NCBI RefSeq assembly: GCF_006345805.1
Contig: NC_043013.1
Span: 46,128,001 to 46,192,000, forward strand
Direction: 5' to 3'
Source of the DNA: Octopus sinensis
Taxonomy: Eukaryota
Length of the DNA stretch: 64,000 bases
The position numbers and the translations under genes were made by a program. The notes under the pieces were generated by a model, which did not search any database, was not told the origin of the DNA, and saw nothing but the letters and a program-made list of their open reading frames with translations. This document shows positions 25,025 through 37,142 of the stretch, piece by piece (the first letter of the stretch is position 1; the number at the start of each line of letters is the position of its first letter).

Positions 25025-25378
25025 TTCCTATACTTTATACAACAGTACTGATGGTAGCGAGACTTGAAACTAGCTGATATGGTGATATACCTATCTACTT
25101 AGCAACGTTTGTGGTAACATATAACATATAACAATATTGACCGAGGTTACCGTGGTCTTTTTCGTAGGCTTTTCTTCCCACGGATAAACCTTATCTGCTT
25201 CCCCCTTTACACCGTACATAATGACACTGTGATACACGATCCCTATTGATCGTTTTTTTTTCCCCTCTTTTTTCTTTTCTTTTGTTTCTTTTCCTATACT
25301 TTATACAACAGTACTGATAGTAGCAAGACTTGAAACTAGCTGATATGGTGATATACCTATCTACTTAGCAACGTTTGT
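25025..25378. repeat. 88-bp direct repeat flanking a 178-bp insert (intron 2)
   Basis: 25025-25112 and 25291-25378, two mismatches. Confidence 0.92.
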
Positions 25379-25957
25379 ATTCTTTAACAGAGTTACTTAA
25401 TAAAATATTGTTGTGTTGACAATGTTTTATTTGAACATTGCACTCTCCTACACAAATGTATCGATAGATTTTTAACAAACACTATTTGTATATAGAGACA
25501 GAAACATCTTGGCTTTCTGTACAATATACAAGTATAAGATATTTACAACTGTCTATATGTAATGTTGGTTAAAATCTACAGAGAAATTCTTACTGTATAA
25601 TAGTCTAGTAGATATATCATGTGGAGGCACAGTTCACTGCTGTAAGCAACAGAAGTTATTTTGTAATTGTGTTTCTTTCAATGCTGAGGTGGAATTCTTT
25701 CATGAGTGGATCCCTTGGAGAAAGAAAGAGTAAACCATTATACTGCATTCTTTTGAATTGTGATTGGAAGATAATGTGTTCAGAACTCCTGAATAACGAT
25801 GTCTGTAATAGGAAACATTTCCCAGGGAAGCCATCCTTATGAAGAACATACAGTTAAGGGTTAGCTAATGCACCTAGTATTAAATAGTGAAGTTAAAGCT
25901 AACTTAATTAATATGGTGAGCAAAATAATTTTAATAAATATGTACTATATAATTATA

Positions 25958-26269
25958 GTGAAGGCCCATGGCTCAGTGGTTGTGAGCTCGAATCCCGGAC
26001 CGGGCTGCGTGTTGTGTTCTTGAGCAAGACACTTTATTTCACGTTGCTCCAGTTCACTCAGCTGTAGAAATGAGTTGCGACGTCACTAGTGCCAAGCTGT
26101 ATCGGCCCCTTCGCCTTTCCCTTGGATAACACTGGTGGCAGGGAGAGGGGAGGTCGTTATGCATGGGTGACTGCTGTTCTTCCATAAACAACCTTGTCCA
26201 GACTTGTGCCTGGGAGGGTAACTTTCTAGGTGCAATCCCATGGTCTGTATCGTGACCGAAGGGGGTCTC
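25958..26269 (+). mobile_element. SINE family C, tail type 2
   Basis: Same head and core as 1160, different 3' half. Confidence 0.8.
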
Positions 26270-26954
26270 AAACTAAATTAAGATGAGGTAAGCATTGTTG
26301 AACAATACCTAAATAAAAACATATGAAAGCAGGGGAGACAACTCCCAATTAGGAAAAGTGATTGAAAGGAGTTGATGTACCTGAGACCAAATTGATATTT
26401 AATGTGTTAACTCACCTGTTGTTAGAAGTGTTTCTTAACTTTGATTGAAGGCCTTCGCTTTGTACTATACTCTTTTACTTGTTTCAGTCATTTGACTGTA
26501 GCCATGCTGGAGCACCGCCTTTAGTCGAGCAAATCGACCCCAGGACTTATTCTTTGTAAGCCTAGTACTTATTCTATCGTTCTCTCTTTTGCTGAAGCGC
26601 TAAGTTATGGGGACGTAAACACACCAGCATTGGTTGTCTACGACACCTACGATTAAAGAGGCCTTTTAAACATAACGTTTCTAAAACTACATTGGGCCTT
26701 GTGTCTGTTCATTGAGAAGGGAGCACTGTGTGATTGGAATGATATTTGGCTGCTATTTCTCACTGATTGGGCAGCCATTGACTAAAGGCTCTCGTTTTTG
26801 ACCTGACTGGCTTGTCATTACTTAGTAACTGTACAAACTGTAGAGACACATTGGTTCTTCCGTCTTTGTGAGGAAAGATCAAATTTAGTTATTTTCTATC
26901 CACCAGCCTGGCGTAGTTGTTTCCATTCTAATTTACTGTTTCTCTTCGTTTTAG

Positions 26955-27072
26955 AACCATTGAATTGTACACAACTGAAATCGGAGACTGAGGGCAAGAA
27001 TTTGCTCGGAGCATTTATTCCTCGATGTGAAACTGATGGAACTTTCTCTGCTGTCCAGTGTCATGGATCAGT
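26955..27072 (+). CDS. Coding exon 3, thyroglobulin type-1 domain 1, N-part
   Basis: Acceptor ttttag|, donor GT|GTAAGA, phase 1-2. Translates (K)PLNCTQLKSETEGKNLLGAFIPRCETDGTFSAVQCHGS, with typical Tg1 IPxC..G.F..xQC motif. Confidence 0.92.
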
Positions 27073-27519
27073 GTAAGATATTATTACCATAGTGATATCA
27101 TTTCATTACAAATAAGCTACTGGCTTGAAAATAAACGAACGTAGATAATCATAGAAATCACTGCGCAGCACGTGGTTCATTAATTTTATATCTAATTTCA
27201 TGAAAAGTCTTCTAAGCTGTTGGCAACATATTCATTGCTGCTAGAATAAATATATATATTCACATAACTAAATCTATTAATTCATACGTTGGGGCATAAG
27301 CACTTTTTCCAGATTCTATGATGTGAAACGGACATTTTGGAAAAGTCTTTCTTTAAAATAACGAAGAAGAGAATCTAGATAATGCAAAAGAAATTGTTTC
27401 AAATGAGTTTCTGGGAGCATTTTTCTCAATTCAAAGTATGAAGACCTGTTCTGTACTGATTTCTTAGAATCAGGGAACATATATTCACTGTGCCATTTGA
27501 AATCGAAGAAACTTATATG

Positions 27520-27874
27520 ATTCATATCCCTGTGCTGATGCAATCCCTGTGCCTGTGGCACGTAAAAGCACCATCCAAACGAGGCCAATGCCAGCGCCGC
27601 CTTGACTGGCTTCCGTGCAGGTGGCACATAAAAAGCACCAACTGATTGTGGCCGTTGCCAGCCACGCCTGGCACCTGTGCCGGTGGCATGTAAAAAGCAC
27701 CCACTACACTCTCGGAGTGGTTGGCGTTAGGAAGGGCATCCAGCTGTAGAAACACTGCCAGATCAAGACTGGAGCCTGGTGCAGCCTTCTGGCTTCCCAG
27801 ACCCCGGTCGAACTGTCCAACTCATGGTAGCATGGAAAACGGACGTTAAACGATGATGATGATGATGATGATGA
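27520..27874 (+). mobile_element. SINE/LINE-tail family E ending ...GTTAAACGATGATGATG
   Basis: Internal repeats GTGGCAYRTAAAAAGCACC, core GGAAGGGCATCCAGCTGTAGAAAC, (GAT)n tail. Other copies ~35235-35519(+), 35653-35945(-), 36600-36766(+), 39470-39592(-), 40950-41098(-), 55940-56100(-), 56380-56590(-). Confidence 0.85.
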
Positions 27875-27976
27875 TTAAGCGTGATGTGATTATATATATA
27901 TATATATATATATGTAAACTGATTTTAAAGCAGCTGAAAAATGTCTTTTATTAATGTCTTTTTTTTTATTTCACAG

Positions 27977-28056
27977 GTGTTACTGTGCACACACAGATGG
28001 TACTCGTATCCCAGGATTCCAGTCTGCCATTCATAATATCCAAGGAATGAATTGCA
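27977..28056 (+). CDS. Coding exon 4, thyroglobulin type-1 domain 1, C-part
   Basis: Acceptor tttcacag|, donor A|GTAAGT, phase 2-1. Translates (V)CYCAHTDGTRIPGFQSAIHNIQGMNC; CYCA corresponds to the Tg1 CWCV motif. Confidence 0.92.
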
Positions 28057-29465
28057 GTAAGTTATAATTCTCTACAAGTTAAATGAATTCATCTAGCATT
28101 GCCTTCAAGGCAGTCGTTTTAAAGAGACGATTCCAGTCTAAAAAAAACATGGCAGCTGCCTTTATTCATTAAAAATATAACAGATACACGTTATTATATT
28201 GAGAAATTATGAGATAGTTGTGCAAAAGTACATTGTACCTGGATCTAGCAGTTTTTTTGGTCTCTCAGAAGATATTTTTATATTTTGAAGACTAGCATTA
28301 ACAGAGGGAAGAGATTCTGAAAAATATTTTGTATCCCCTGATAAAGTCATCTGAAATATTCTAGCTATGTCCATTTTTTTATTCCTGATATTTTCCATAA
28401 CGACTAACATAAAGTTAATTTAGTTCCTTAAGCATACAAAATCTTGCAAAAGAAACTCATTTGCTGTTATTCTTTAACAAAGACACTCTATCAATGACCA
28501 TCCTGTCTGTTTGTATCCTGGGGATTACTGTGTCTTTCTAAGATGGCAGGATGTGATTTAAGAAGGATTTAGCTGTTATTTCTAGCAGTTGGAGTGACAG
28601 CATAGAAACTCTCTGGTTGTCTCAAGCTTTGGCTGTTTTAACATGATGGTGTCCCTCGTTTATCTAGTGGCTGTAAGTGGAGTTGAGTATCTTGTCTAAG
28701 GAGAGTAACAAGATAATTACTGCTGTTTTGTGAGAAAACAATAGGAAATGTACCATAGCCAGGTCACTGAACTGTGACATCAGTGTTTTTAGAAAACCAG
28801 ACACAAGTAATTCCTTCACCACTGCTGCTGCCACCACCACCGCCACCACCGCCACCACCACCACCACCACCACCACCACCACCACAACCACCACAACCAC
28901 CATCCGACAGTAGCAGTTGTAAAAGTCAAAGTCAACTGTTGGCACAAACAGTTACCACTTGCTCAGTCCACATGGCTGTAATAGGTGTCATGACATGTAG
29001 TTCATTGCTCTAAGCTGAAGAATGTCCTGTTGTGACCCCTTCATGAAGTTGGTAGATTTTGATCATCCACAGGTGATGAAAGTGTCAGTGGTTGAGTTGA
29101 TAGTTTACTAGACCACCAACTGAGAGATCAGGGTTCCTATTCTGTCATTGGTATTGTGGTATGCCCAAGGCAAAGATATGATCTGATCCTTATTTCTGGA
29201 AACAGACACTTGTGACAGATGGAGGTAATAACATTTCTTTGCTGAAATCAGGGGCATCATAGTAAAATTGCTGAGTGTTTCATTAAGTTGTAGTGCTGAG
29301 TATTAGACTCTCAGTGAGTTTGAGGAAGGCAGTAAACAACTCCTCCTTGGCACTCCTTTTCCCGTTGACCACATGAAATCTCCTGCAACACATAGCAGAT
29401 TGATGCATGCCTCTACCTAATACAATTGACTTCCTCTAAACAACTCTGTACCAACCCCTGTGGAA

Positions 29466-29740
29466 TCTCTATATATATAAACGGCAAAATATCTGTGTGT
29501 GTGTGTGTGTGCATGTCCTTTATACAAATCCACAATTTTTCAGTTAGAGGGCTCACACTTTCTATGGTCATTCAAAACCGTCCAAGGGTTGTTGTGAAGA
29601 TCTTTTCATTTCCCCAGTTACCCCTGGAAGCCATTAAAAAAATCGATAAACCGACCCCTTATGTTTCAGTCTTTAATACAAGGAACGTAACTCCAGCAGT
29701 TTAATCTAAAGATATTAAACCATAGGAAGGGAAATAACTC
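29466..29740 (+). mobile_element. Possible non-autonomous Helitron 5' end
   Basis: Begins TCTCTATATATATAAA followed by (TG)n, resembling 5' ends of non-autonomous Helitrons. No CTRR 3' end with hairpin identified; end coordinate approximate. Confidence 0.3.
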
Positions 29741-30290
29741 TTTAAAACTCTGCATTTCCCTCCCTTTGTTATGTATCACACCTCTTTGGCTTTCAAACGT
29801 GCACGCTTTTTTTGATTTGAAAAATGCAGGGAATAATTAATGAGTTAGACCAGGTGAATGATAAGAGAGCAGGATTGTCATGAAAGACCAAATATGCTTG
29901 ACTAGCACTAGACCTGACAACGCTGGATCATAGTGCCAGTCTTAATTATTTTCTTAGTGACTTTTCCATTACTATTTCAAAGATGATAGTGAAGTCCTAA
30001 TGAGAGGGGATCCTAATGAGACAGGAATATATCCACAGATATCTTCCCTATTGCTGAAATAACAAAACAATATTAAACTTTGACCAACATTGTATTTATT
30101 CATCACACATTGAATTTCTAATTTGGTATTTTTATTTTTCACTGCTTTGAAAATGTTAACATCAACTTAACTTTTGTTTCTTCATGAGGATGGTGTCTCT
30201 GAGTTAGCTTTTGCTTAAACGGTTCTATTTTCTGTCAACTAATGTACCATTACTTCAGTAAGAAAGAGAAATTTATCTCCTGGTGATGAG

Positions 30291-30374
<84 letters not shown>

Positions 30375-30446
30375 GTAATAATGATAATAATGATAATGAT
30401 AATAATAATAAAGATGATGATAATGATGATAATAATAATAATGATG

Positions 30447-30482
<36 letters not shown>

Positions 30483-30636
30483 GTAATAATAATAATAATA
30501 ATAATATAATAATAATAATAATAGTAATAATGATAATAATGATAATGATAATAATGATAATGATAATAATAATAAAGATGATGATAATAATAATGATAAT
30601 AATAATAATAATAATAATAGTAATAATAATAATAAT

Positions 30637-30680
<44 letters not shown>
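30291..30680. repeat. (TAA/TGA)n array
   Basis: Direct reading. Confidence 0.97.
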
Positions 30681-30683
<3 letters not shown>

Positions 30684-31240
30684 GCCCTGATGCAGTACCA
30701 GGCAGTGGCTCTCATGGCTTCTGATCTTAACTGATTGGAAGTGTTATCATGTACATTGTTTTGTCTTGGTATAAAAGATGGGCTACAGCAAATATTCTGC
30801 TCAATACCACAGATTTGCTTGTCAGTTGTTTGACCATAACCAGTTGAGCATGTCCCTTAGTGGCTGACGATATGTGCATCTCTGATCACGAGCAGAAGTA
30901 GTGGGGGAGCATCATAGCCATGTGTTGAGAGGGATTCTTTGGGGTTTGAATAGTTCACCTCTGGAAACATGGGTGGTTCTTTCAACATCCTTAAACAACC
31001 CTTATTCAGGGACCGTTTGAGCAGGATGGGCTACTCAAAATGAAAAAAATTCTAACTGGGCCCCACCTGCAAGGTCATGTGCTGTTTATCTTGATATGAG
31101 ATCACCATGTCGCGCACATATGGTTGTGATGCATGTGCCTGGTGTACCTTTATCAGACGGGTAGTCATGATGGGTATATTGGGCTTCGTATATTTTACCC
31201 CAGTGTCACTTTGATGGCATGAACTGCTCTCTCACTCAAT
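30681..31240 (+). mobile_element. ~555-bp element X, copy 2
   Basis: ATGCCCTGATGCAG ... CTCTCTCACTCAAT, between (TAA)n 30291-30680 and gataataataa. Confidence 0.85.
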
Positions 31241-32034
31241 GATAATAATAAAAATGATAATATTTTCTACTATAGGCACAAGGCCTGAAATTTGGGGGAG
31301 GGGGAAAGTTGATTACATCTACCCCTGTACTTAACTGGCACTTATTTTATCAACCCCGAAATGATGAAAGGCAAAATAATCTTCAGCTGATTTTGAACTC
31401 AGAATGTCAAGACGGACAAAATACCTCCAAACATTTTGCCTGGCATGCTAACAATTTTGCCAACTAATGATCCTTTTTACTATAGACGCAAGGCCTGTTA
31501 TTTTAGGTCGGAGGGGTTAAGTCAATTACACCAACTCCAGTGTCTCACTGGTACTTAATTTATCGACCCTGAAAGGATGAAAGGCCAAGTCAGTGTCAGT
31601 GGAATTTGAACTCAGAATGTGAAGTTGGATGAAATGTTGCGAAGCATTCTGCCCAGTATGTTAACAATTCTGTCAACATGCTGCCTTCAATAATAATAAT
31701 AATAATAATAATGATAATAATAATAATAATAATCCTTTCTACTATAGGCACAAGGCCTGAAATTTGGGGGAGCGGGATAGTTGATTACATTGACCCCAGT
31801 ACTTAACTAGTACTTAATTCATCGACCCAAAAGGATGAAAGACAAAGTTGACCGTAGCAGAATTTGAACTCAGAATATAGCGACAGATGAAATACTACTA
31901 AACATTTTTCCCGGTGTGCTAATGATTCTGCCACTCACTGTCTTAAAAGAGATGAAAGGCTAAGTCGACCTCAGCAGAATTTGAGCTGCAGAAACCCATG
32001 ATATGCTGAGGAATCCGCGATATAAATTTACATA

Positions 32035-32443
32035 GGCGTAGGAGTGGCTGTGTGGTAAATAGCTTGCTTACCAACCACATGCTTCCGGGTTCAGTCCCAC
32101 TGCATGGCACCTTGGGCAAGTGTCTTCTATTATAGCCTCGGGACGACCAAAGCCTTGTGAGTGGATTTGGTAGACGGAAACTGAAAGAAGCCCATCGTAT
32201 ATATGTATATATATATGTATGTGTGTTTGTATATGTTTGTGTGTCTGTTTGTCCACCCAACATCACTTGACGACTGATGCTAGTGTGTTTACATCCCCGT
32301 AACTTGGCGGTTTGGCAAGGGAGACCGATAGAATAAGTACTAGGCTTACAAAGAATAAGTCCTGGGGTAGATTTGCTCGACTAAAGGCGGTGCTCCAGCA
32401 TGGTCACAGTCAAATGACTGAAACATGTAAAAGAGTAAAAGAG
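32035..32443 (+). mobile_element. SINE family A, full length
   Basis: GGCGTAGGAGTGGCTGTGTGG (A-box-like) ... GGTTCAGTCCC (B-box) ... AAAAGAGTAAAAGAG. Confidence 0.92.
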
Positions 32444-32616
32444 ATATTTACATATATTAACCAGAAAAATCCGCAAAGTACTGAGTGCAGAATAGATTAA
32501 CCGTGATATATGGCGAAGGATTCCTGTTATTTTCTTAAAGTTCACTTCTTTAAATATGTTAACACTAACTTAACTTTTGTATTTACCACAATAAATTGAG
32601 ATGATAGATTTTTAAA

Positions 32617-32937
32617 GACTCCGCCGGTTACGACGACGAGGGTCCCAGCTGATACGATCAACGGAACAGCTTGCTCGTGAAATTAACGTGCAAATGGCTG
32701 AGCATTCCACAGACACGTATACCCTTAACGTAGTTCTCGGGGATAATCAGCGTGACACAGAGAGTGACAAGGCTGACCCTTTGAAGTACAAGTACAACTC
32801 ATTTTTGCCAGCTGAGTGGACTGGAGCAACGTGAAATAAAGTGTCTTGCTCAAGGACACAACGCGTCGCCGGGAATCGAACTCACAACCTTATGATCATG
32901 AGCCGAATGCCCTAACCACTAAGCCACGCGCCCTCAC
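32617..32937 (-). mobile_element. SINE family C, tail type 3 (second copy 38280-38567 +)
   Basis: Same head and core. 3' half AAAGGG.CAGCCTTGTCAC...GTCGTAAC shared with the 38280 copy. Confidence 0.85.
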
Positions 32938-33001
32938 ATAGATGATAGATAAATACTGATTCTTTGACTTTCTCTAAAACTTTCTTTATGCTTTCTTTCA
33001 G

Positions 33002-33186
33002 ACTGTGCCCGCCATAAGTTCGCATATGGAAAGACTGGCTTGATTGGCAAACTGTTCCACTGTGAATCCAACGGTAATTACAACAAAATCCAATGTACAG
33101 GAAGTGCATGCTATTGTGTTGACGAGGTTGGCAAACTAGTTGGTGAATCAGTTCATGTTAGCCAGAGAAAATCTATGACCTGCTAG
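33002..33186 (+). CDS. Coding exon 5 (terminal), thyroglobulin type-1 domain 2
   Basis: Long pyrimidine tract + cag| acceptor, phase 1. Translates (N)CARHKFAYGKTGLIGKLFHCESNGNYNKIQCTGSACYCVDEVGKLVGESVHVSQRKSMTC then TAG 33184-33186. Six Cys, QC and CYCV motifs. Summed CDS is 651 nt = 216 aa + stop. Confidence 0.9.
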
Positions 33187-33251
33187 AGAGAGACTCTGGT
33201 AAAGATCTCTACTTGAGAGAAATTCGAATCAAAGCTTTATATTGATGTCAA

Positions 33252-33297
33252 AATAAACAAAATTTGAAAGATATTTTGTAGTGTATTGTTTGTTTTC
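33252..33297 (+). terminator. Probable polyadenylation signal of the Tg1 gene
   Basis: AATAAA at 33252-33257, 66 nt after the stop, followed by a GT/T-rich tract (ttttgtagtgtattgtttgttttc). A second AATAAA lies at 33516-33521. Confidence 0.5.
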
Positions 33298-33847
33298 TAA
33301 TAACTCACTTCCTCTATTTCTCAGTTCAGCTAATTATTCATAACTATTCTTGTAGCTTAGTCTAATTCTTATTCTTGTAGCTGGCTATTTGCTTCATAAC
33401 ATTACTTCAGATTTTACAGATTAACTGCTGGACTTTGAGGAACTTCTGCAATGATTGTTTAGCTCAGAACCTTCCTCACTGATGAGAGATTTGATGTTCA
33501 AAAGTTTCTCTGATAAATAAATTGGGAGTTTGAAACAGTGTAAACTAGAAGTGGGTCAACCATGAAGCAATCTAATTCCCAAGATTTACTGTGAGAAGGT
33601 AAACATGGAAATCTTAAAGAAAAGTGCACTTTCTGCTTCAGGGCTATCATCTGTTTGCTTAATTATGATAGATTATTATTAAAGTAAAAACTGTAGAGTG
33701 GTAGAAGTATTATAGAACTAAACTATATTTTTTTCTTACTTGCTTCAGGATCTACTTTCACCACACCAAGTTGATAAAATATGCATCAGTTATGTACAGG
33801 ACAAAAATCTTGCCTTTCCATTAATCATTAATCAATATTATATCATT

Positions 33848-34250
33848 AAGGAGGCGAGCTGGCAGAATTGTTAACACGCCGGGCGAAATGCTTATCGGTA
33901 TTTCGTCTGTCGCTATGTTCTGAGTTCAAATTCCGCCGAGGTCGACTTTACCTTTCATCCTTTCGGGGTTGATTAAATAAGTACCAGTTACGCACTGGGG
34001 TCGATATAATCGACTTAATCCGTTTTTATGTCCTTGTTTGTCCTCTCTGTGTTTAGCCCCTTGTGAGTAGTAACGAAATTGGTATTTCATCTGCTGCTAC
34101 ATTCTGAGTTCAAATTCCACTGAGGTTGACTTTGTCTTTAATCTTTTCAGGGTCAATAAATTAAGTACCATTTGTGTACTGGAGTCAATCCAATTGACTG
34201 GCCCCACCTCCCAAAAGATTTTAGGCCTTGTGCCGAGAGTAGAAAAGAAT
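33848..34250 (+). mobile_element. SINE family B, mixed dimer
   Basis: Junction at 34080/34081. Second unit carries the alternative GGCCTTGTGCC...AGTAGAAAAG tail. Confidence 0.85.
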
Positions 34251-36433
34251 ATATAATATCTTACTAAAGTGGTGTGTAGGTAGAATCATTAACACACGGG
34301 GCAAAATGCTCAGCAGTATTTCATCCATCTTTATGTTCTGAGTTCAAATGCTGCAGAAGTCAACTTTACAATCAACATTCCATGGTCGATAAAATAAGTA
34401 CCAGTTGTGCACTGTTGCTAATCGAATCATCTTAGCCTTTCCCCCAAAATTGCTGGTCTTGTACCAAAACTTGAAACCAATATATATCTTACTTTCAACC
34501 TGAGTTGAGTAAATAATTTTAGGTAAGATTCTCAAACCACTCCCAAGTCCTCAGACTATTATCAAATACCTAAAATTAAAATAATCATCTTGGTGTTGGG
34601 GTCAACAGATGAGAATAGAGAAGGGACTTCTTCAGAGTCTTCATTATTTTACAGAACTCTTGTTAAATGTTTATGTAGAACAGTGAGAACAGTGAGCCAA
34701 TTCCATAATAAGCATGACTCTTGTGGCATCATTGGTTATCTTCTCACATGTCTACAAGAAAACCCAGCTGTCCTGTTATTTGTAAAATGTTGCCTGATTA
34801 AGGAATATTTTCCTAAGTCTCTGTAATAGCATTACAGTCTAATTTCTACTGGAATTATATGCAAGAAACAGCTTGCGTAATATTTGCTCCTAAAAAGAAT
34901 CCTTAAATTGAAAATCCCTGCATCGTTGAGCTATGGATATTGCCATATCTATGACTGCTTACCATTGTTTCCAGATCCAGGCTTCTCTCCTCACTTATAC
35001 AACCCAATGAATTACGCACATTATGAAGTTTCTAACCATCCTCATTTTGTTTCTGTCATTCCAGATATGAAACAGATTCTGTGATTATAAAAACTGCAGC
35101 ACTATACATCTCCCTCTTGCTTTCCATAAAACACAGATTTTTCCCATTTCTTCATGCTGCTAATAAAACAGACACCAATTTGTGATAATTCTTCATCATA
35201 ATATCATTGTTGTTTTACTTATGAGAGAAAACAATGGCTGTCACTGGACTGGGTCCTGTCCAGGTGACACGTAAAAAACACTATTTGAGCATGGTCGTTG
35301 CCAGTACCGCCTGACTGGCCTTCGTGCCGGTGGCATGTAAAAACACCCACTACACACTCGAAGTGGTTGGCGTCAGGAAGGGTATCCAGCTGTAGAAACT
35401 CTGCCAGATCAAGATTGGAGCCTGGTGCAGCCATCTGGTTCACCAGTCCTTAGTCAAATCGTCCAACCCATGCTAGCATGGAAAGCAGACGTTAAACGAT
35501 GATGATGATGATGATGATGTGATTAATAACATTTAGTCAGCATCTTAAAACCTCATCGTTGTAGCTTAACGGTCATTTACAGAACAGACTGTTCCTATTC
35601 CATTCAGTTCTTTTAACCTCCAGGAGACAATTGTTTCTTGTGAGGCTATAAACATCATCATCATTGTTTAACGTCCGTTTTCCGTGCTAGCATGGGTTGG
35701 ACGGTTCGATTGGGGTCTGGGAAGCCAGGAGGCTACACCAGGCTCCAGTCTGAATCTGGCAGTGTTTATACAGCTAGATGCCCTTCCTAACGCCAACCAC
35801 TCAGTGAGTGTAGTGAGTGCTTTTTACGTGCCACCAGCACAGGTGCCAGGTGCCAGGGGAGGCTGGCAGCGGCCACAACCGATTGATGCTTTTTACGTGC
35901 CACCAGCACAGAAGCCAGTCAAGGTGGCGCTGGCATCGGCCACAATAGATAATATCCAGATGGCATAAAATTTTTGCAGCTAATTTGTAACAAACAAGTT
36001 CTTTATCACCTTCATTACCTTTCTTTTCTTGATGAACACCTGTATAACCTCTGGATTTGCCAGAGATCTGCTTTTGTACATCATGTGTCAATGTAGTTAC
36101 TCTTGAAACCAGGAAAGCTTTCAGCCATATTTTCAAGGAAAGTTGCCTGCCTTTAAAAGCTCTACATATGTTTTGCCTCTGGGTTTGAGAGTTTGTTGAT
36201 GCTGCCCCCTCCTTCACATTATCTCCTGGGACACCAGGGATTTTTTGTCTCTCATACCACATTCTATATACATAATTGTCTCGTCACTTGTAACCACACA
36301 CATACACACAAAATGATACGCACTTTCCCACACACCCTGAACACCTCATGCCAAATATGTCCCATTTCTGCCAAACAGATGCTTTATCAATAATAAATCT
36401 CTGAACGAGGTATAAACAGTAACTGCACGACAA

Positions 36434-36567
36434 TGTGAGGTATACTTGCCATCTCAATATGGCTAACCACTAAGGGTGGGTGTTACTGTAGCTGTACTGG
36501 GGCTACAAGCTACAGTAACACCCACCCTTAGTGGTTAGCCATATTGAGATGGCAAGCATACCTCACA
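36434..36567. repeat. Near-perfect inverted repeat (60-bp arms, 14-nt loop)
   Basis: Arms 36434-36493 and 36508-36567, one mismatch. Confidence 0.95.
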
Positions 36568-36789
36568 GATGCTTTATCATCCTCCAATAAAGATAAGGCT
36601 ACTACACTCGCGGAGTGGTTGGCATTAGGAAGGGCATCCAGCTGTAGAAACACTGCCAGATCAGACCGGAGCCTGGTGCAGCCCCTGGCTTCCCAGACCC
36701 CGGTCGAACCGTCCAACCCATGTTAGCATGGAAAACGAACGTTAAACGATGATGATGATGATGATGTACCAAGTCTCCTTCTATGTCTC

Positions 36790-37142
36790 CAAAACAGAAC
36801 CTTTACATACACCCGTGGACATGTTTACAAAGTCAGAAAACAGCACAGCTCCCATGACTTTTGGAAATATTTTTTCACGCTAAGAGTTGCTGAAGCATGG
36901 AACAGACTGCCGGCATCAGTTGTTAGCTGTCAGAGCACTGCATCCTTCAAAACTTCCATGCTTCCTGAGATTCACCAACACTACACCTGATTTTCTCACA
37001 CGCAAGTATGTATCTGACTCATACACTGTTCGCTTTTCAGACATTTGTACATTACTGCATATACTTTATATGCACTTTTTGATAAGTTGTGGTGCACCTG
37101 AGCACTGTATACAATAATTTCATTATTATTATTATTATTATT
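36790..37142 (+). mobile_element. CR1-clade LINE 3' end (5'-truncated)
   Basis: TRGHVYKVRKQHSSHDFWKYFFTLRVAEAWNRLPASVVSCQSTASFK...* (stop 36988-36990) matches CR1 TRGH..K...FF.xRV...WNxLP. Ends in (ATT)n. Confidence 0.85.

Noticed and set aside
33479-33521. CTGATGA followed by a GAGA/TCTC stem
   Set aside because: No GAAA box after the stem; not a hammerhead.
33380-33774. Alternative small terminal exons (acceptors at 33380, 33410, 33748)
   Set aside because: The exon at 33002 supplies a complete second Tg1 domain in the right phase. These could at most be UTR exons via the donor at 33199.
35801-36262. 153-aa - strand ORF
   Set aside because: 3' third is SINE-E sequence, no motif recognised, no convincing splice sites.
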